Shown: positions 18,894-30,419, counted from the first letter of the stretch. The stretch is 64,000 bases of DNA from Candidatus Bathyarchaeota archaeon (GCA_963768425.1 CAVYHV010000009.1:160001-224000), one strand, 5' to 3'. Notes: generated by a model from the letters alone, not told the origin. Made by a program: numbers and translations.

Positions 18894-21613
18894 TTAACTG
18901 AGGTCTTTTGCCAAAAGTTCTCGTTGCCTGCGTTTTATCGTTTTTTTCGTGTAGACTAATGTGGCTGTCGTTGCAATCAATAGTGCGGATAGGTCGATAA
19001 TTGCTGAGGGCACCTCTGAAATCGTTGGTGTTGGTGAGGGAGTAGTGCCTGAAGGCTTTGCTGTTGGACTGGGATTTGAACCTGTTGTGCTTGTAGGTTG
19101 AGGCGAAAATGGTGGAGTTGTTAGGGTGGGAGTTGGCGTGGGAGTCGCTGTGCCGCCTGTAGATGAACCTTGCCAGAGGCAAAATCTCCGTAAATAGGCT
19201 CATAACTCAGATTCGGCGAATCCAAAATCGTAGGTAATGAATCATTGAACAAAAGAGCGCCATCAGGAATCGACGAATCCTGAAGATTACCAGCTATCCC
19301 CCATAAATCGATTCCAGGAGCTGACGTTGCCTCGCCGTTATTCCAGTTCTCGCCAATAGATCCAAACTGAAAACTGCTTGGTTCTGACCATTGTCCATTC
19401 ACTTGGAAACTCATGACCATGGGGATGCTTATGATATTGGTTATTGCAACGTTTCCGCCCCATGCTGTGAGGGTTTCAAGCCCAAGGTCTGCTCCTTCAT
19501 TGCATGTTGTTGTGGTGGTGTTGAATAGACCGCTTAAATTTGGTTCTGGTATGAGAGTATCGTTGACCACAAATTCCCATGTTGTATCTGAAACCAACGC
19601 CATAGTAAAGTTGTATGTATCTCCTGGAATCAGGGGGTAATTATAATCTGTGCCGCCTGGGTTGCCGAATATGTTTGAGAATATGCCCCAACCCGCATAT
19701 GACACGTTCATGCTGCCTGCCCAATTGTTGAAGCCTATTTGTGCCCACCATTCTTGGCCTGTTTGCGAATTGCTGTAGCCTTCTCCGACCCATATAGCGA
19801 GCGGAGTGGGTTGTGCGTATGTGGGTGCGACTAAAAGGAATGAGAGGCCAGTATTTACGGGTGTGCTGGTCGGACCGAAGTTGGCAGCGAATTGAGGCGG
19901 GTATGTAATTAATGACGCTGTTGCGTTTGTAATGTAGTTATTGTAAAAGTTGAACGCTATTAACGGACTGCCCGAAATCGGTGAAAAAGAAAGTGTTACT
20001 GAAAGACCGTCTGAAATAAAATTAATGTAACTGTAGCTGTTCGACCGGTTTACGACAATGTAGTTGGAAGATTCGCCTGTTATGTTTGTTGAGAGCAGTG
20101 TTTGCTCGTTTTGTGACACTTCGACGGCTACGGCTCCGTTCATGGCTCCGATGCTTATTGCTGTGGGGCCAGCTGGAGTATTCTGGATGAAGTTTTGAGC
20201 AGCGTTAACATTGGTATATGTTTGATAACGAATAGAAGTGGGGAAGTTTTGCGGAGGATAAATGAAGTCAGTGCCCCCAGTTAGGTTGAAAGATAGTGTC
20301 TGAGTAACGTTTGCTCCGTTGACGGTTAAAGCTCCGGATTCTTGAGCTATTGGAATGGTATACCCTGCAGGCGAAGAGATTGAAAAATCATAGGTGCCAT
20401 TGAACACGTTAAAAATGACAGAGTTCGTTGTGGAAGATTGGGTTTGTTCATTGAGGGTGACAGACCAATGGGTGCCTAATAGGAGCCCTGATTCTGTGAA
20501 GACCGCTTGATAAGTTTGCTGGGCGGCTGGCATGGTGACTGTGGGCATGATGTTGTTCGGAGGTAACGCTCTGACTCTGCTCCACTGAACGTTTATCCCG
20601 TTGTTTGCTGAGTCAAATCCTACAGAGGCTGGGTAGTCTGGGTAGTTCGTGGTGAGAGGCTGCGTTGAAGTCCCGATTGAATCGTCCAGATACTGAATTG
20701 AAGACGTTGGGCTGAGGACTTCAACAGTGTAAACGCCTGGAATGCCTTCAGAGTTCGCGAGTGAACCAAAGACATTTCCGACGCTGTTTGATTCCCCGTT
20801 GATAGTGTTCCACTGGTCGGGGTAGGTTTTTCCGCCAGCTAGTCTTATGAAGGCGCCGGCGTATCCTGGACCGCCAGGTTGGGTGGGTAATGATTCTTGG
20901 AGGTTGAAGTATCCTACGTTGCAGACGTCGCCTATGGATGTGACTGCGGCGTCGAAAGCTGTTCCAGGCCCAAACGTGGAAGAAGAGAGTACATATCCTG
21001 GGCCTTGGTTGGCGTAGTTTATGGTCAACCCGTTGTTGACTTGGTAGTTACCTGAGCCCAAGTTAACGCTCCATTGGGCGCTCAACGTGGTACCGGCAAA
21101 GTTGTCATAAAATGGGAATACATCGGCGCCGTCATCGTACTGACCATACGCCGGGCTCAACTGGGGAGCTTCGCCTGTTGTTTGAGCGTTAAAAAGGGTC
21201 GTCGATAAAGAGGCAAAGCCCATGTAGACTGTAACGCTTGAGCTTGCAGGAATTCCGGAGGAAAGTTTTAGCCAATATACTGTGTTTGTTGCGCCGTTGC
21301 TGTTTCCAGATTGGAGCCAGCTTGGAATTAATGAACCAGAGGCATCGAAAAATTCGATATTTTGCAGATTTGGCGTCTCATAAGGAGCGTACGAAGCGCT
21401 GTCTACGATTATCTCCTGCTGGAAAGGAGAAGAGGTCGCTACCGACTGAGAATTGGTTAAAGTAACTGGAACAGAATAAACTATGCCTGCAGGGTTAGAA
21501 ACCGATTGGGCAAAACGGACACTTACGCTTCCAGCCGAAAACAGACATAGCGCAATCAGAGCAACTAAGACGGTTTTATGTAGAGAGTTCTTTTTCAAGG
21601 CAGACAACGCCAA
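18894..21613 (-). CDS. Secreted DUF2341-domain protein with putative G1 (glutamic) peptidase-like domain; frameshift near 19180 before the TM anchor
   Basis: DUF2341-like NIEFFD..IPSW..YWLKL and VFPFYDNF; FTESGL domain; WVGEG..AQIG..GLE; alternate frame gives a PT linker, TISEVP, TM and basic tail ending at 18894. Confidence 0.7.
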
Positions 21614-21758
21614 AAGATATGCCCCTATGACTTTAAAAGCTTAAAGCGGTTGCCGGCTGTGGCGTTTGCAAGGATCGCTGGCTCCGATCTTTTTCAAATA
21701 AATTGTTGGATTTTGGAGTAATATAGTGGTCCCCCCTCCTCCTTCTTGTGTGTACAAG

Positions 21759-21810
21759 CCGACCGGTCGGTCAATGTCAATACATTTTGTTGATACATTT
21801 TGTTGATACA
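21759..21810. promoter_or_regulatory. Palindrome and 13-bp tandem repeat in a divergent intergenic region
   Basis: CCGACCGGTCGG (21759-21770); ATACATTTTGTTG x2 plus ATACA (21780-21810). Confidence 0.5.
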
Positions 21811-21963
21811 GTCTAGACGGGCGTTGCCCAAAGTGTTGTCTCCCCTTCGTTTTCGCCTGAAGCTTTATGTTTATTTCAAGATTTGTGGGCTATGGCAAAT
21901 AACCTAACGGTGCGCTCAATCGGTTTATGGAAAACAATATTAGTTTTAAGTTTGAAACGTTGA

Positions 21964-22914
21964 ATGAGTATCATGAGTAAGCGTCGTAGAAGTGTTCTTG
22001 TTACTGGGGGTGCAGGTTTTCTCGGTTCGCATCTGGTTCCGCAGTTGCTCAAATTAGGTTACTCGGTGACTGTGTTGGATAATTTGTCTAACGGAAAGCT
22101 TGCGAATCTTGCAGCGGTAACTGGCAATCCCAAGTTTATGTTTCGTCGCGGAGACATACTTGATAGAACCCTTTTGAATGAGGTTTTTGAGGGTGTTGAT
22201 TCTGTTGTTCATCTTGCCGCCTTGATCGATATCTCAGCTTCTGTTGCTGATCCACGCCAGACTCATGAAGTTAACGTAGATGGAACGTTTAACCTGCTAC
22301 ATGGAGCTATCAAACATAGCGTGAAGAAGTTTGTTTTTGCTTCATCAACAGCTGTTTACGGCGACGTAAAGAGTTTGCCCGTTCAAGAAAATGTTGCCCT
22401 TCACCCGATTTCTCCATACGCTGCTTCAAAAGTCGCAGGTGAAGCATACTGCAACGCTTTTGCAAGTTGCTTTGGGCTTGAGACAGTTGCTTTGAGGTTC
22501 TTCAACGTTTACGGTTTAAGAAGCGGCGACAGTCCTTACAGCGGTGTCATCACAAAGTTTCTCCACAAAATCATAAACGGCGAAGCTTTAACTATTGACG
22601 GCGACGGAGAACAAACCAGAGATTTCATACATGTAAGCGACATCATCAAAGCCGTAGTCTTAGCGTTAGAGCAGAACAGATTGAAAGGCGAGATTTTTAA
22701 CGTCTGCACCGGTGTGCCAACAAGCATTAATCAGCTTGCTGCCACTTTGAAGACGGTTACTGGAAAAAACCCAAACGTTAACCATGGACGTGCAAGGTTA
22801 GGTGACATACGAAACAGCTACGGCGACCCCGCTTTGGCAGCCGAGAACTTGGGTTTCAAAGCAACTGTTGACTTAACAAGGGGGTTACAGATGTTGCTTG
22901 GAGAAGGCGCTTAA
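21964..22914 (+). CDS. NAD-dependent NDP-sugar epimerase (GalE/WbpP-like)
   Basis: TGGAGFLG, SSTAVYG, YAASK, RFFNVYG, QTRDF. Confidence 0.93.
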   Translation: MSIMSKRRRSVLVTGGAGFLGSHLVPQLLKLGYSVTVLDNLSNGKLANLAAVTGNPKFMFRRGDILDRTLLNEVFEGVDSVVHLAALIDISASVADPRQTHEVNVDGTFNLLHGAIKHSVKKFVFASSTAVYGDVKSLPVQENVALHPISPYAASKVAGEAYCNAFASCFGLETVALRFFNVYGLRSGDSPYSGVITKFLHKIINGEALTIDGDGEQTRDFIHVSDIIKAVVLALEQNRLKGEIFNVCTGVPTSINQLAATLKTVTGKNPNVNHGRARLGDIRNSYGDPALAAENLGFKATVDLTRGLQMLLGEGA

Positions 22915-22926
22915 CGGGTTTGGGGG

Positions 22927-24876
22927 TTGCTACCAATTAGGAATTTATTTTCTGCTCGTGTTTGTCGTTTGGGCGGGTGGTTAGTTTGGCTAGTTTGGGC
23001 GGCGCTTGGTTTATGCCTGGCGTATTTGTTGTTTTATCTGGCTAGTTATTTCGGTTTGTCTTTTTTTGTTTTGTCTAACAGGGGGATGGTGGAGCATGTT
23101 GTAAGTGGTAGCCTGGTTTCGGTCTCTTGGGACGTTGGGGTTTGGAGTGTTGCTTTATTTATCGTTTTGGCTTGGCTTTTTTACGCTTTAGGTTTCCGTT
23201 CAATCGCACGGTTTTATCGGTTGTTTGTCAGCTTTGCACTGTTCGGCTTGGCTATTTGGGTTTTTTTGGTTGTTTTTGGGTTAGTTAGTTTGGCATCTTT
23301 AGCTTTCGTGAGTATTTTGGTTATTGCTTTTTGTATTGCGTTTTCTTTTAGGTTTTTTGGGGTTTCTCGCTTTGGCTTATTCTTGCGTTTGTTGTTTGGT
23401 GCTGTTTTGGTTGTTTCTTTTTTTGAGGTGGCTGCTTTAGCTTTGTTTAATGTTCCAGTTGCCTTGAATTTAGGGTTTGGCGCCATTGGCTTGCATTGGG
23501 ATAATGTTGAGCTGAGTTTTTCGAATTTGGCTTATCCTTTTTTGCCCTATATGTATTTGCTGTTTGTTTTCTTGGGTATTGCTGCTTATGTTGTCAAGGT
23601 AGTGTCTACTGAGCGGTTAGTTGCGAGAATCAGGGGTAAGCGGTTTGTTGAGTTTCTTCATCGTTTGAGCAGTCCGTTTCGGTCAAGTTTAGATGGCGGG
23701 TTGGACTTTTTGGGTGGTCGTTTTGTTCTTATTTTGGCTGTGGTGGTTTCGGCTGTTGTTTCTTGTTTATTTGTTGTTTTTACTGTTTTGCCTTGGACTA
23801 ACCCGACTAACATGTTGGTGAGCGTTGATTCGCCTAGTTATTATCAGTGGATTGTTTACATGCACAGCGTTAATGTTAATTCCGCTTTGTCTTTCGCTTT
23901 TGCCAATGATAGGGCTTTGTTTTTGGTTTTGGCTTATGCTCTGTCTTTTTTTGCTTCACCGTTAACCGTTGTTCAGTTAGTTGCTGCTTTGTTGATTGTT
24001 CTGTTTGCTGTTGTTTCGCTGTTTGTTTTGAGGTTGGTTTACAATTTTCGTGCAGCCTGGGTTTTTGGTGTTTTGCTTGTGCCTTTTTCTTTTCAGTCTT
24101 TAGGTTTGATTTATTCTGGCTATTTTGCCAACATGTTAGCGTTGATTTTGGTCCTTGTTTATGTAATCTTGTTTTTCAGGGTGCTTGATTCATGGTCAAG
24201 TTTGGGTTTTTTTGCTTTGCTGGGCGTGTCTGTGCTCATTTTGTTTTCACATTCTTGGACTTGGTTTGTTTTTGCGTTTTCGCTGGCGGCTTTCTTGCTT
24301 TTGGAGTGGCGTCTAGCTGTACGTGATAGGCGTTTGTGGAATCGGTTTACGTTGAAGGCTACTTTCGTTGCCGCTACTGTTGGGGTTGGATTGGTTTGTG
24401 ATCTTCTTCGAGGACTATTATCATCCGTTTCACCCGCAACTTCCGTTCTTGATACTGCACAGACAAGTCTGGGGCTTCCCAATGCAGGATACCTTTTGAG
24501 TGGATTTCGAGAAACTATCGATTTTGTTTTAGGCGGCGTTTTTGCCAATCAACTGCTTGTTTTGCTTTCAGTTGTCGGGTTCTTACTTTTGTTGAAGTTC
24601 AAGTCTGAGGTGTCGAATTTTTTTGTTTCGTGGATTTTTGTCGCTTGCGCCGCAATTTTGTTTGCGGCACAGAATTTAGTTTTCGATAGGTTCTTGTTCT
24701 TGATGCCTTGGGTGGTTTTGTCCAGTTTAGGGCTGTTTTATGTCGTTAGTTTTGTTAATTCTCAGTTTAGGGGCTGGACGGGTAAGCGATTTTTTGTTTT
24801 GTTGATTTTGGTTTTCGTTTTCTTGGTCCTTTTGAATGGGAGTTTGAGGTACCTTTTTAATATCAATATCGGGTAG
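22927..24876 (+). CDS. Polytopic membrane protein, possibly GT-C fold
   Basis: Many TMs; SVDSPSYY loop, YFANMLA, HSWTW, DRFL motifs. Confidence 0.7.
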   Translation: MLPIRNLFSARVCRLGGWLVWLVWAALGLCLAYLLFYLASYFGLSFFVLSNRGMVEHVVSGSLVSVSWDVGVWSVALFIVLAWLFYALGFRSIARFYRLFVSFALFGLAIWVFLVVFGLVSLASLAFVSILVIAFCIAFSFRFFGVSRFGLFLRLLFGAVLVVSFFEVAALALFNVPVALNLGFGAIGLHWDNVELSFSNLAYPFLPYMYLLFVFLGIAAYVVKVVSTERLVARIRGKRFVEFLHRLSSPFRSSLDGGLDFLGGRFVLILAVVVSAVVSCLFVVFTVLPWTNPTNMLVSVDSPSYYQWIVYMHSVNVNSALSFAFANDRALFLVLAYALSFFASPLTVVQLVAALLIVLFAVVSLFVLRLVYNFRAAWVFGVLLVPFSFQSLGLIYSGYFANMLALILVLVYVILFFRVLDSWSSLGFFALLGVSVLILFSHSWTWFVFAFSLAAFLLLEWRLAVRDRRLWNRFTLKATFVAATVGVGLVCDLLRGLLSSVSPATSVLDTAQTSLGLPNAGYLLSGFRETIDFVLGGVFANQLLVLLSVVGFLLLLKFKSEVSNFFVSWIFVACAAILFAAQNLVFDRFLFLMPWVVLSSLGLFYVVSFVNSQFRGWTGKRFFVLLILVFVFLVLLNGSLRYLFNINIG

Positions 24877-24970
24877 CGTTTTTTGTTTTTACGGCAAATA
24901 CGCATTTAGCTTTATAAAAAAACCTTTTAAGTAACTCAGTTGATATAGCTGAAATAGTAGGGAAAGTAAA

Positions 24971-26062
24971 ATGATTAGTAAATCAAAATTATTAGTAATC
25001 TCGGTAGTTACTGTTCTGTTGCTTTCATTATCTCTTAGTTTGGCTGGAGCACAATATACAACTTCTCAAAGTACCGATGTAACTATTGATTCTGGTGGGA
25101 CGTTCACTGGGAGTTCACCTACTGCCGGTGTTTCGTATGTAATCCAGGGAACCCCCGGTGCCACAGGGACTGTTACCGTTGATTCTTACAGTGGCAATCC
25201 GCAACCTACTGCCTCTATTCCAAGTGGGGATACGTTGAAAGATTTCATAGCGATTACTTTCAACGTGAATGCAACTGATTTCTCGTCGGCGACAGTGACA
25301 ATAAACTACACATCCAGTGATGTTCAAAATCTTCAGTCGCCGTACGCGGTTTTCAAGTACGTGGCTTCTTCGAATAGCTACGTAAAGTTGCTTTCCACTG
25401 TAGATACAAATGCGAAGACCATATCGGTTAGCTTGAATAGCATTACCGATCCTGTGCTTGCGATTGGCGGCGCCAAAACTGCAAGTGCTGGTGGTGGTGT
25501 TTCCGGTGCATTGTGGGCTGTACTGATAGTTATTGTAATCGTTGTCGTGGCCGCGGCTGCGTTCATAGTTATCCGTAGGCGTCCATGGGCGAAGATAGAA
25601 GTTATTGATACCCGTTCGCGTCATCCATCAACCAGAATGGACATAAATTTTCTAAATGATTCAGCGAATCAAAAAACTACTTTGCCACCTGAAGCAGAGT
25701 CGTCAAACGTCAAAGTGGAAGATAAACCTCAAACTGTTATTCCAACGGATCAGAAAATCGAAAACCAAGAAAGTGAATCTGCGAATGCGGCTATGGCGCA
25801 AAGCCTCAATTTACCGCCTGAACCTCAGCTGCCAGAAGTAAATGTTGAAGAGAAACAACCCGTTTCGGCAACTGAACAAAACGTCGATACCTTAGTGAAA
25901 GAAACACCACAGCCCGAACCGCTAAACATGAATGCCCAAGATACGCCTCAAACTGCACCTCCAAATGACATTAATGTCCCGTCTCAAAACATGAACGCTG
26001 GAAAGAAAACCCAAGCAGCCACTACAAGAAGAAAGAAAAACAGAAAGCGAAATAATCGGTAA
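24971..26062 (+). CDS. Single-pass surface protein with disordered cytoplasmic tail
   Basis: Signal peptide, beta-rich ectodomain, TM plus RRR, Pro/Gln/Glu-rich tail. Confidence 0.8.
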   Translation: MISKSKLLVISVVTVLLLSLSLSLAGAQYTTSQSTDVTIDSGGTFTGSSPTAGVSYVIQGTPGATGTVTVDSYSGNPQPTASIPSGDTLKDFIAITFNVNATDFSSATVTINYTSSDVQNLQSPYAVFKYVASSNSYVKLLSTVDTNAKTISVSLNSITDPVLAIGGAKTASAGGGVSGALWAVLIVIVIVVVAAAAFIVIRRRPWAKIEVIDTRSRHPSTRMDINFLNDSANQKTTLPPEAESSNVKVEDKPQTVIPTDQKIENQESESANAAMAQSLNLPPEPQLPEVNVEEKQPVSATEQNVDTLVKETPQPEPLNMNAQDTPQTAPPNDINVPSQNMNAGKKTQAATTRRKKNRKRNNR

Positions 26063-26273
26063 ACTTAGCCTTGCAAATCTTTCCAACTCCCAAATCGTGC
26101 CCTAAAACGTAAAAAACCGGCCTAAAATAGGCAGCATTTCTTTTTTGAATTAGTTAGAAGTATTTGGGCACTATTTCGTTCACTTGACTTTATCCTTACT
26201 TTTCCTATGCCTCAGATAGGCTTAAGACTAGCTAGTGTTCTTCAACCCGCAGCTTGTCCATTCTGGCTATTGA

Positions 26274-27356
26274 TCAAGCAATTAATGGGGTTCTCTGGAC
26301 TAATGCGTTTACGGCATCAGCCAATGCGTTAGCTGCTGCTTGCCTTGCCTCTATAGACGTGTCGGTTTCCAGTTGTTCAAGCTCTTTATGTAAACTTTCC
26401 ACTTGACTTGTAAGATCCTGTTTCTTTTTCTCATATTTATCATGAAGCTTATCTTGTTCACCGTTAAACCTGCTCTGTACCGCTTCCAACTCGTTCTCCG
26501 CAGATTGCAGATCTTTTTTTGCTTGAGCAAGTTTATCCGCAGTTCTCTTCTTGAACATCTTGTTTTTCGTATCTTCCTGTATTCTTATGTCACTCATCAA
26601 CTCGCGGATTCGGTATAGTAGAGGTTCAGTCTCCAGGTCTTTCTTGAGGCTCATCGCTCTCGATTTTTCAGAATACTCTTTGTCGGCTTCCACAAGGAGA
26701 TGATTGTAGTCGGCTAAAGATTTCGTAACTTCCCTTATTTTTAACTCTTCAACCTTTTTCTGGGCCAAAACGCATTCAATATCTTGGAAGATCTGCGAAC
26801 GATCCTTAACAAACTGCTCGTCCACCGCTATAGGTGAATTCGACTCAAACTCCGAAACGACTAACCTTAGATTAACTAGCCAATCGTCAAAATACTGATC
26901 AAAAGGCGAACCTGCAAAAACCTGACAGCCCAGCTTGTTCGATGCATCAAGCATTTTTTCCACAAGCTCCTTTACTTCAATAACATTCTTTTCCTTGAGA
27001 AGATCGGTTGGTGGTTGTGGGTTCTCGATTTCCATGGGTTTATCTTCGAGGATATCGTTTGGCGGCTGTGGTGTCTCGACTTCCATGGGTTTTTCTTCGA
27101 TTAGATCGGTTGGTGGTTGTGGGTTCTCGATTTCCATGGGTTTATCTTCGAGGATATCGTTTGGCGGCGGCTGCATTTTCTCCGTTTCCATCAGGGCTTT
27201 AACTGACTGAATATCGTCTCTTAACGATTCAATTTCGTCTGCTAGAGCATTAGCTTTAGCGTCAGCCATCTCTTTTAGTTCTTTAACTTCAGCCAGAAGG
27301 CTTAGCTTTTCCGCCTCTAGGTTTTTTATTTTGGTGACTTTCTCTTTAATGCTCAT
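26274..27356 (-). CDS. Coiled-coil protein with internal Pro-rich repeats
   Basis: Heptad-rich, 360 aa. Confidence 0.8.
   Translation of the reverse strand: MSIKEKVTKIKNLEAEKLSLLAEVKELKEMADAKANALADEIESLRDDIQSVKALMETEKMQPPPNDILEDKPMEIENPQPPTDLIEEKPMEVETPQPPNDILEDKPMEIENPQPPTDLLKEKNVIEVKELVEKMLDASNKLGCQVFAGSPFDQYFDDWLVNLRLVVSEFESNSPIAVDEQFVKDRSQIFQDIECVLAQKKVEELKIREVTKSLADYNHLLVEADKEYSEKSRAMSLKKDLETEPLLYRIRELMSDIRIQEDTKNKMFKKRTADKLAQAKKDLQSAENELEAVQSRFNGEQDKLHDKYEKKKQDLTSQVESLHKELEQLETDTSIEARQAAANALADAVNALVQRTPLIA
27002..27172 (-). repeat. 51-bp coding repeats with 102-bp higher-order period
   Basis: QPPNDILEDKPMEIENP alternates with QPPTDLIEEKPMEVETP; identical blocks at 27002 and 27104. Confidence 0.9.
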
Positions 27357-27720
27357 TTTCCATCCTTCCCCGACACTAGTCTATTTTGTTGTTTTACACT
27401 TAAAACTTTTGCAAAAACCGCTAAACGAAACGCCGAATCAAGCAGAATTCGTTTTTTCCGTTCCCATCAGGGTTTTAAGCGACTGAACATCGTCTCTTAA
27501 CGATGCAATATCGTCTGCTAGAGCGTTAGCTTTAGCGTCAGCCAAATCGTTTAGTTCTTTGACTTCAGCCAGAAGCCTTTGTTTTTCAGTCTCTAGGTTT
27601 TTTATTTTGGTGACTTTCTCTTTTAGGCTACTCATTTTCCGTTCTACCCCGACACTAGTCTATTTTGTTGTTTTGCACTTAAAACTTTTGCAAAAACCGC
27701 CAAAAAAAACGCCGATTCAA
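27176..27720 (-). repeat. 279-bp tandem duplication of promoter plus 5' coding region
   Basis: ccgacactagtctattttgttgtttt.cacttaaaacttttgcaaaaaccgc occurs twice; ATGs at 27356 and 27635. Confidence 0.92.
27438..27635 (-). CDS. Small coiled-coil protein, paralog of the N-terminus of the downstream gene
   Basis: MSSLKEKVTKIKNLETEK vs MSIKEKVTKIKNLEAEK. Confidence 0.8.
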   Translation of the reverse strand: MSSLKEKVTKIKNLETEKQRLLAEVKELNDLADAKANALADDIASLRDDVQSLKTLMGTEKTNSA

Positions 27721-27975
27721 AAAGAGCAATCCGGACAACGCGCAACAAACTACTGTTTTGTGTACGTCGTGATGCGTCGATAAGGGTTTCGAATGACCTC
27801 TTCAAGGCAATATGATTATGTTTGAACAGACCCTCTTTCTTTTTCTTCATTTGTTGACTTGCATCGTTCGTGCATAGATCTGGTAGCGGTCAATTGTTTT
27901 TTGGAAGAGTTATGAATGCGAAAGTTTTTTATGCTTATCGCATGGGAATGTCATTATGAGTTGGGGTTGAAGGTG

Positions 27976-28359
27976 ATGGGAAAACATGATGGTTTTCCAT
28001 CTGTTGGAATGCTTGCTCAAGCCAAAAAACTTGCGTTAAGGCGCGGTGTTTGGTTTAGATCTCTTAACCGGGTTGAGCGAGCAATTGTAGATCTCACCTT
28101 GCAATGCGTTGACTGCGTCAAAAGCGTAATGCTGGCCAAATTGCTGACGGCCATAATGGGAAAGTTGGAGTTTGCGATGGAGAGTACACTTGAGCGGTTG
28201 GTGAGAACTATCGGCGTTTCTTTAGCTGGGAAAATCAGTTGCGTAGCAGCGGGTTGGGGCAATGTTTCTGCAAAGCGTTGGGCCTCTGATTTGTCATTTG
28301 CGAATTTCTTGGCTGCGATGCATCTGAGTAATAGTTTCGGGCTGCGTTTGAGGAGCTAA
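27976..28359 (+). CDS. Conserved hypothetical basic protein
   Basis: ALRRGVWFRSLNRVER..A.GWGN..A.RW motif; ATG after GAAGGTG. Confidence 0.7.
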   Translation: MGKHDGFPSVGMLAQAKKLALRRGVWFRSLNRVERAIVDLTLQCVDCVKSVMLAKLLTAIMGKLEFAMESTLERLVRTIGVSLAGKISCVAAGWGNVSAKRWASDLSFANFLAAMHLSNSFGLRLRS

Positions 28360-28499
28360 GTGTTGACGGGTAAATTTTTGAAGGCTCAGGTTACGGTCAG
28401 GGCAGACTTTGCTTTCGGTTTTTTGTATAAGCGATTGGTTAAAGATGCCTATGCCTTTAGAATTATTGATAATTTTTTCGAGCCCTAGAAAATTGGCAG

Positions 28500-29456
28500 T
28501 TGGCTAAATTGGTTGAAATTGGCGATGTCAGGGAATTATTAGATAGGATAGATGTGCTTGTCGTTGCTGGTATTCCAGCTTACAATGAAGAGAAGACCAT
28601 CGCCAGTGTAGTTTTGGGAGCTCAGAAGTATGCGCATATTGTTGTTGTGTGTGATGATGGTTCGACGGATTTGACTGGGGAGATTGCGGAGCGTTTGGGC
28701 GCTGTGGTCGTTCGTCACGAACAAAATGCTGGTTACGGTGCGGCTATTCAGAGTTTGTTTGGCGGGCGCGGGCTTTGAAGGCTGATGTATTTGTTACGTT
28801 GGATGGGGATGGGCAGCATGATCCTGCTGAGATTCCGCGGCTAGTTAAGCCTATAGAAGACGGCGTTGCAGAAGTGGTTTTAGGCAGCAGATTCATGGAT
28901 AAGCAAGGAACCGCTAATATGCCGGCATACAGGCAATTTGGCGTGAAAGTAATCACAACCCTTAGCCAATGGCTCAGGAAAAAACGGTGTTAGCGATGCT
29001 CAGAGCGGTTTTAGAGCCTACAGCAAACGTGCCATGGATCAATTGGGAGCCATTTCTGAGAACGGGATGAGTGCCAGCATTGAACTGCTACGTGCAGCCA
29101 AAAAAACCGATTTAAGAATCTGCGAAGTGCCTATCTCATGCAAATATGCAGACAACGTTGGAGTAAAAACGTCAACCGAAAACGCAGCCAAACACGGCAT
29201 AGGTCTTCTAATGTCGTTAGTTAAGCTTGTTGTCGAAGATAGACCTCTTGTATTTCTTGGAATACCCGGTATGATGTCTATCGCTTTAGGTACATTGTTT
29301 GGAGTTTGGATGATGAGTCTTTATGCCTCCACCCATGCCATAGTAACGAATATCGCTTTGGCATCAATTGCCTTTATTTTGATAGGTTTCTTCTTGATTT
29401 CAACAGCTATAACACTTTATGCCATAACGCGTTTGTCAAAAAAATTCAAGCAATAA
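28500..29456 (+). CDS. GT2 glycosyltransferase (polyprenol-phosphate GT-like), split by 2 indels
   Basis: IPAYNEE, DDGSTD, TLDGDGQH, DAQSGFRAY, two C-terminal TMs across three frames. Confidence 0.88.
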
Positions 29457-29476
29457 CTTGGAAGTGAGGTTTAGAA

Positions 29477-30403
29477 ATGGTCAAAAAAGTGTTAGTGACA
29501 GGCGGTTTAGGTTTCATAGGTTCAAATCTTGTTCGAGAATTAGAAAAACGTGGGTATGAAACTTGGGTTTGCGATTTAATGCATTCTTGGCAACCGTTAT
29601 GTCCGTTGTGACGTTAGCAAATTTAGCTCAAGTTGAGCGATTATTTGCGGAGCATGATTTCGATTATGTTTATCATGCTGCAGCAGAGTATGGCAGATGG
29701 AACGGAGAAGACTATTATGAAAACTTGTGGGCTACAAACGCTGTAGGCACCAAGAACATTCTGAGAATGCAGGAGAAGAAGAAGTTTCGAATGATTTTCT
29801 TTGGAAGCGCTGAGGTGTACGGTGATTATGATGGTGTCATGCGTGAAGACGTTATGGATACCGATTCCGATTAAGCAGATGAACGATTATGCCATTTCCA
29901 AGTGGGTTAATGAAATGCAGATTCTAAATTCTGCAGCAATGTTTGGGACGGAATCGGTTCGGGTTCGCTTGTTCAATGTTTATGGTGTGGGCGAGCATTA
30001 CACTCCTTACCGTGGTTGGATACCAAAATTCATCTATAAAGCCATGAGAAATGAGCCTTACACTGTTTACTTGGGTCACAAACGTACACTTGAATATGTT
30101 GAGGATCTCTGCAGAACATTTGTTAACATAATTGATAACTTTAAGCCTGGAGAAATCTACAATTTGGGCGGAGACACTCAATACGACATCAAGTACGTTT
30201 CCGACTTAATTCTAAAAAACCTAAACAAAGACGACTCCAAAGTTTCCTACAAAGAAGCTGAACCCTTCACAACTAGAATCAAAACTCCTGATTCGTCAAA
30301 GGCGAAAAAAGATTTGGATTTTAAGTTAACCATTTCTCCGGAAGAAGGTCTGCGGAGAACTGTTGAATGGTTCAAGAAACTGTATGGCGAACAAAGTGCT
30401 TAA
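29477..30403 (+). CDS. NAD-dependent epimerase/dehydratase, frameshifted
   Basis: MVKKVLVTGGLGFIG at 29477; SAEVYG; YAISK; RLFNVYG. Confidence 0.88.
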
Positions 30404-30419
30404 CAGAGAGAAGTTTGAA

